A stretch of DNA of 7,137 nt from Octopus sinensis (lineage: Eukaryota). The stretch spans positions 1-7,137 of the forward strand of contig NW_021829110.1 of NCBI RefSeq assembly GCF_006345805.1, read 5' to 3'. Shown one piece after another: positions 6,000 to 7,137 of this stretch (positions within the stretch are counted from its first letter, which is position 1; every line of letters starts with the position of its first letter). The notes beneath the pieces are model-generated. The model worked only from the letters and a program-made list of their open reading frames with translations. It was not told where the DNA came from and ran no database searches. The position numbers and the translations under genes are program-made.

Positions 6000-6214
6000 T
6001 ATTCTTTTTTTACTGTAGGCACAAGGCCCGAAAATTTGGGGGAGGGGGCCGGTCGATTAGATCGAATCCAGTACGCAACTGGTTCTTAATTTATCGATCC
6101 CGAAAGGATAAAAGGCAAAGTCGAATTCGGCGGAATTTGAACTCAGAACGTAGCAGTAGACGAAACACAAAGCTTTTCACCCGGCGTGCTAACGTTTCTG
6201 CCAGCTCGCCGCCT
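6000..6214 (-). mobile_element. Family A SINE, copy A5 (tail type 2), tandem with A4
   Basis: Intact 5' end AGGCGGCGAGCTGGCAGAAACGTTAG (minus) and B box GAGTTCAAATTCC. 224-bp offset from A4 (CAAGGCCCGAAAATTT at 5798 and 6022). Confidence 0.92.
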
Positions 6215-6561
6215 TTACTCAGAACGTAAAGACAGACGAAGACGAATTGCAGCTTTAAAAAAAGCAGGTTCTAAACTTCCTGACGATCTCGCTTATATAC
6301 GCTCCTAGACAAAGACGTCCGCCTTATCGAAAGTGGAGATTTATTTCTCGCTCGCTTAAAACCATGAAATTGGCTTCAAGCAGCCGTTTCACAGAAACAG
6401 TTCTTTAAGGGCTTTTGGTATTCATTTGATCTAAGAGCTAGCAGAGTTGAGTAACAGAAAAACAATCTTGTCTAACCGAGACATCACAACACGATTTTCA
6501 GTTCTCCCCAGCTGGAACCAATTACTTTTCTATTGTTGTCGCCAATTTGCTTCAGAGATAC

Positions 6562-6571
6562 ATGACGTCAT
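6562..6571. promoter_or_regulatory. Perfect CRE/ATF-type palindrome ATGACGTCAT
   Basis: Exact match to the canonical TGACGTCA element in unique sequence, with CCAAT at 6518-6522 and 6542-6546. Motif match only, no functional evidence. Confidence 0.25.
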
Positions 6572-6644
6572 ACAGGCTTATGCTCTAATTTACTGTTTTA
6601 TTTATTTATTATTGTTTTTTCTTAAAGTATGTTCTTTTTTTGCA

Positions 6645-6668
6645 TGTGTGTGTGTGTGTGTGTGTGTG
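6645..6668. repeat. (TG)n microsatellite
   Basis: Direct reading. It replaces the first ~11 nt of the BC copy 4 head. Confidence 0.95.
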
Positions 6669-7050
6669 GATACGTGGTAAGAAGCTTGCCTCCCAACCAC
6701 ATGGTCTACGGGTTCAGTCTCACTGCGTGGTACCTTGGGTAAGAGTCTTCTACTATAGTTTCGGGCCGACCAAAGCCTTGAGAGCGCATTTGGTAGACGG
6801 AAACTGAAAGAAACCTGTCGTGTATGTATATACATGAGTATATACCTGTGTGTGTGTGTCTTTGTATATGTTTGTTAGCTGCCACCATGACCGCGTTGCT
6901 GTTTTTATGTCCTCGAAACTTAAGAAATTAATAGAATAAGTACTAGGCTTAAAAAAGAAGTCCTGTACCGATATTTTCGACTAAAATCCTTCAAAGCGGT
7001 GTTCCAGCATGGCCGCAGTCAAATGACAGAAACGAGTAAAAGAATAAAAG
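6667..7050 (+). mobile_element. Composite SINE, family BC, copy 4 (older/diverged; head/core 6667-6821, short microsatellite 6822-6860, tail to 7050)
   Basis: GTGGTAAGAAGCTTGCC...GGGTTCAGTCTCACTGCGTGGTACCTTGGG...GGAAACTGAAAGAAACCTGTCG is the reverse complement of 1205-1355. Tail ATAGAATAAGTACTAGGCTT...CCAGCATGGCCGCAGTCAAATGACAGAAACGAGTAAAAG is the reverse complement of 2670-2780, with indels. Confidence 0.88.
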
Positions 7051-7072
7051 ACACACACACACACACACACAC
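7051..7072. repeat. (CA)n microsatellite
   Basis: Direct reading. It abuts the tail of BC copy 4. Confidence 0.96.
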
Positions 7073-7137
7073 GCATGTATATGAGCTTCTATAAACAAAA
7101 ACGGAAGAAAAACCACTCATGATCACAACTTAAAGGA

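Noticed and set aside
432-6888. ORFs overlapping SINEs or microsatellites (e.g. 432-686, 493-726, 957-1247, 1086-1431, 1414-1645, 2228-2530, 3911-4150, 5598-5882, 5966-6229, 6602-6888)
   Set aside because: They consist of SINE translations and HT/YI/CV dipeptide runs from microsatellites. No domain is recognisable and frames are not preserved between copies.

Overview
Eukaryotic, AT-rich, repeat-dominated non-coding DNA (intron or intergenic). The repeat content matches what I recall of octopus/coleoid cephalopod genomes, but the organism call is recognition and not a search result. Roughly half of the window is tRNA-headed SINE-like retroposons: 11 copies in three families, which I label A, BC and D. 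Family A is about 200-230 bp, with 6 copies and at least 3 different 3' tails. Family BC is about 390-550 bp and carries an internal microsatellite (3 near-complete copies, 1 tail-only copy). Family D has one ~270 bp copy. The rest is many (TA)n/(TG)n/(CA)n microsatellites, a 19-bp-unit minisatellite of about 29 units with higher-order structure (4930-5489), and short unique stretches with a few weak splice-site-defined exon candidates. No protein-coding gene, RNA gene or CRISPR array can be supported, and most listed ORFs are by-products of repeats. The most interesting signals are structural: a stem-conserved, loop-variable hairpin shared by two SINE families, modular tail swapping, SINE-borne microsatellites, a ~92%-identical inverted SINE pair, and a minisatellite whose unit junction matches a SINE tail hairpin. 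I see no clear evidence of a wholly new system.
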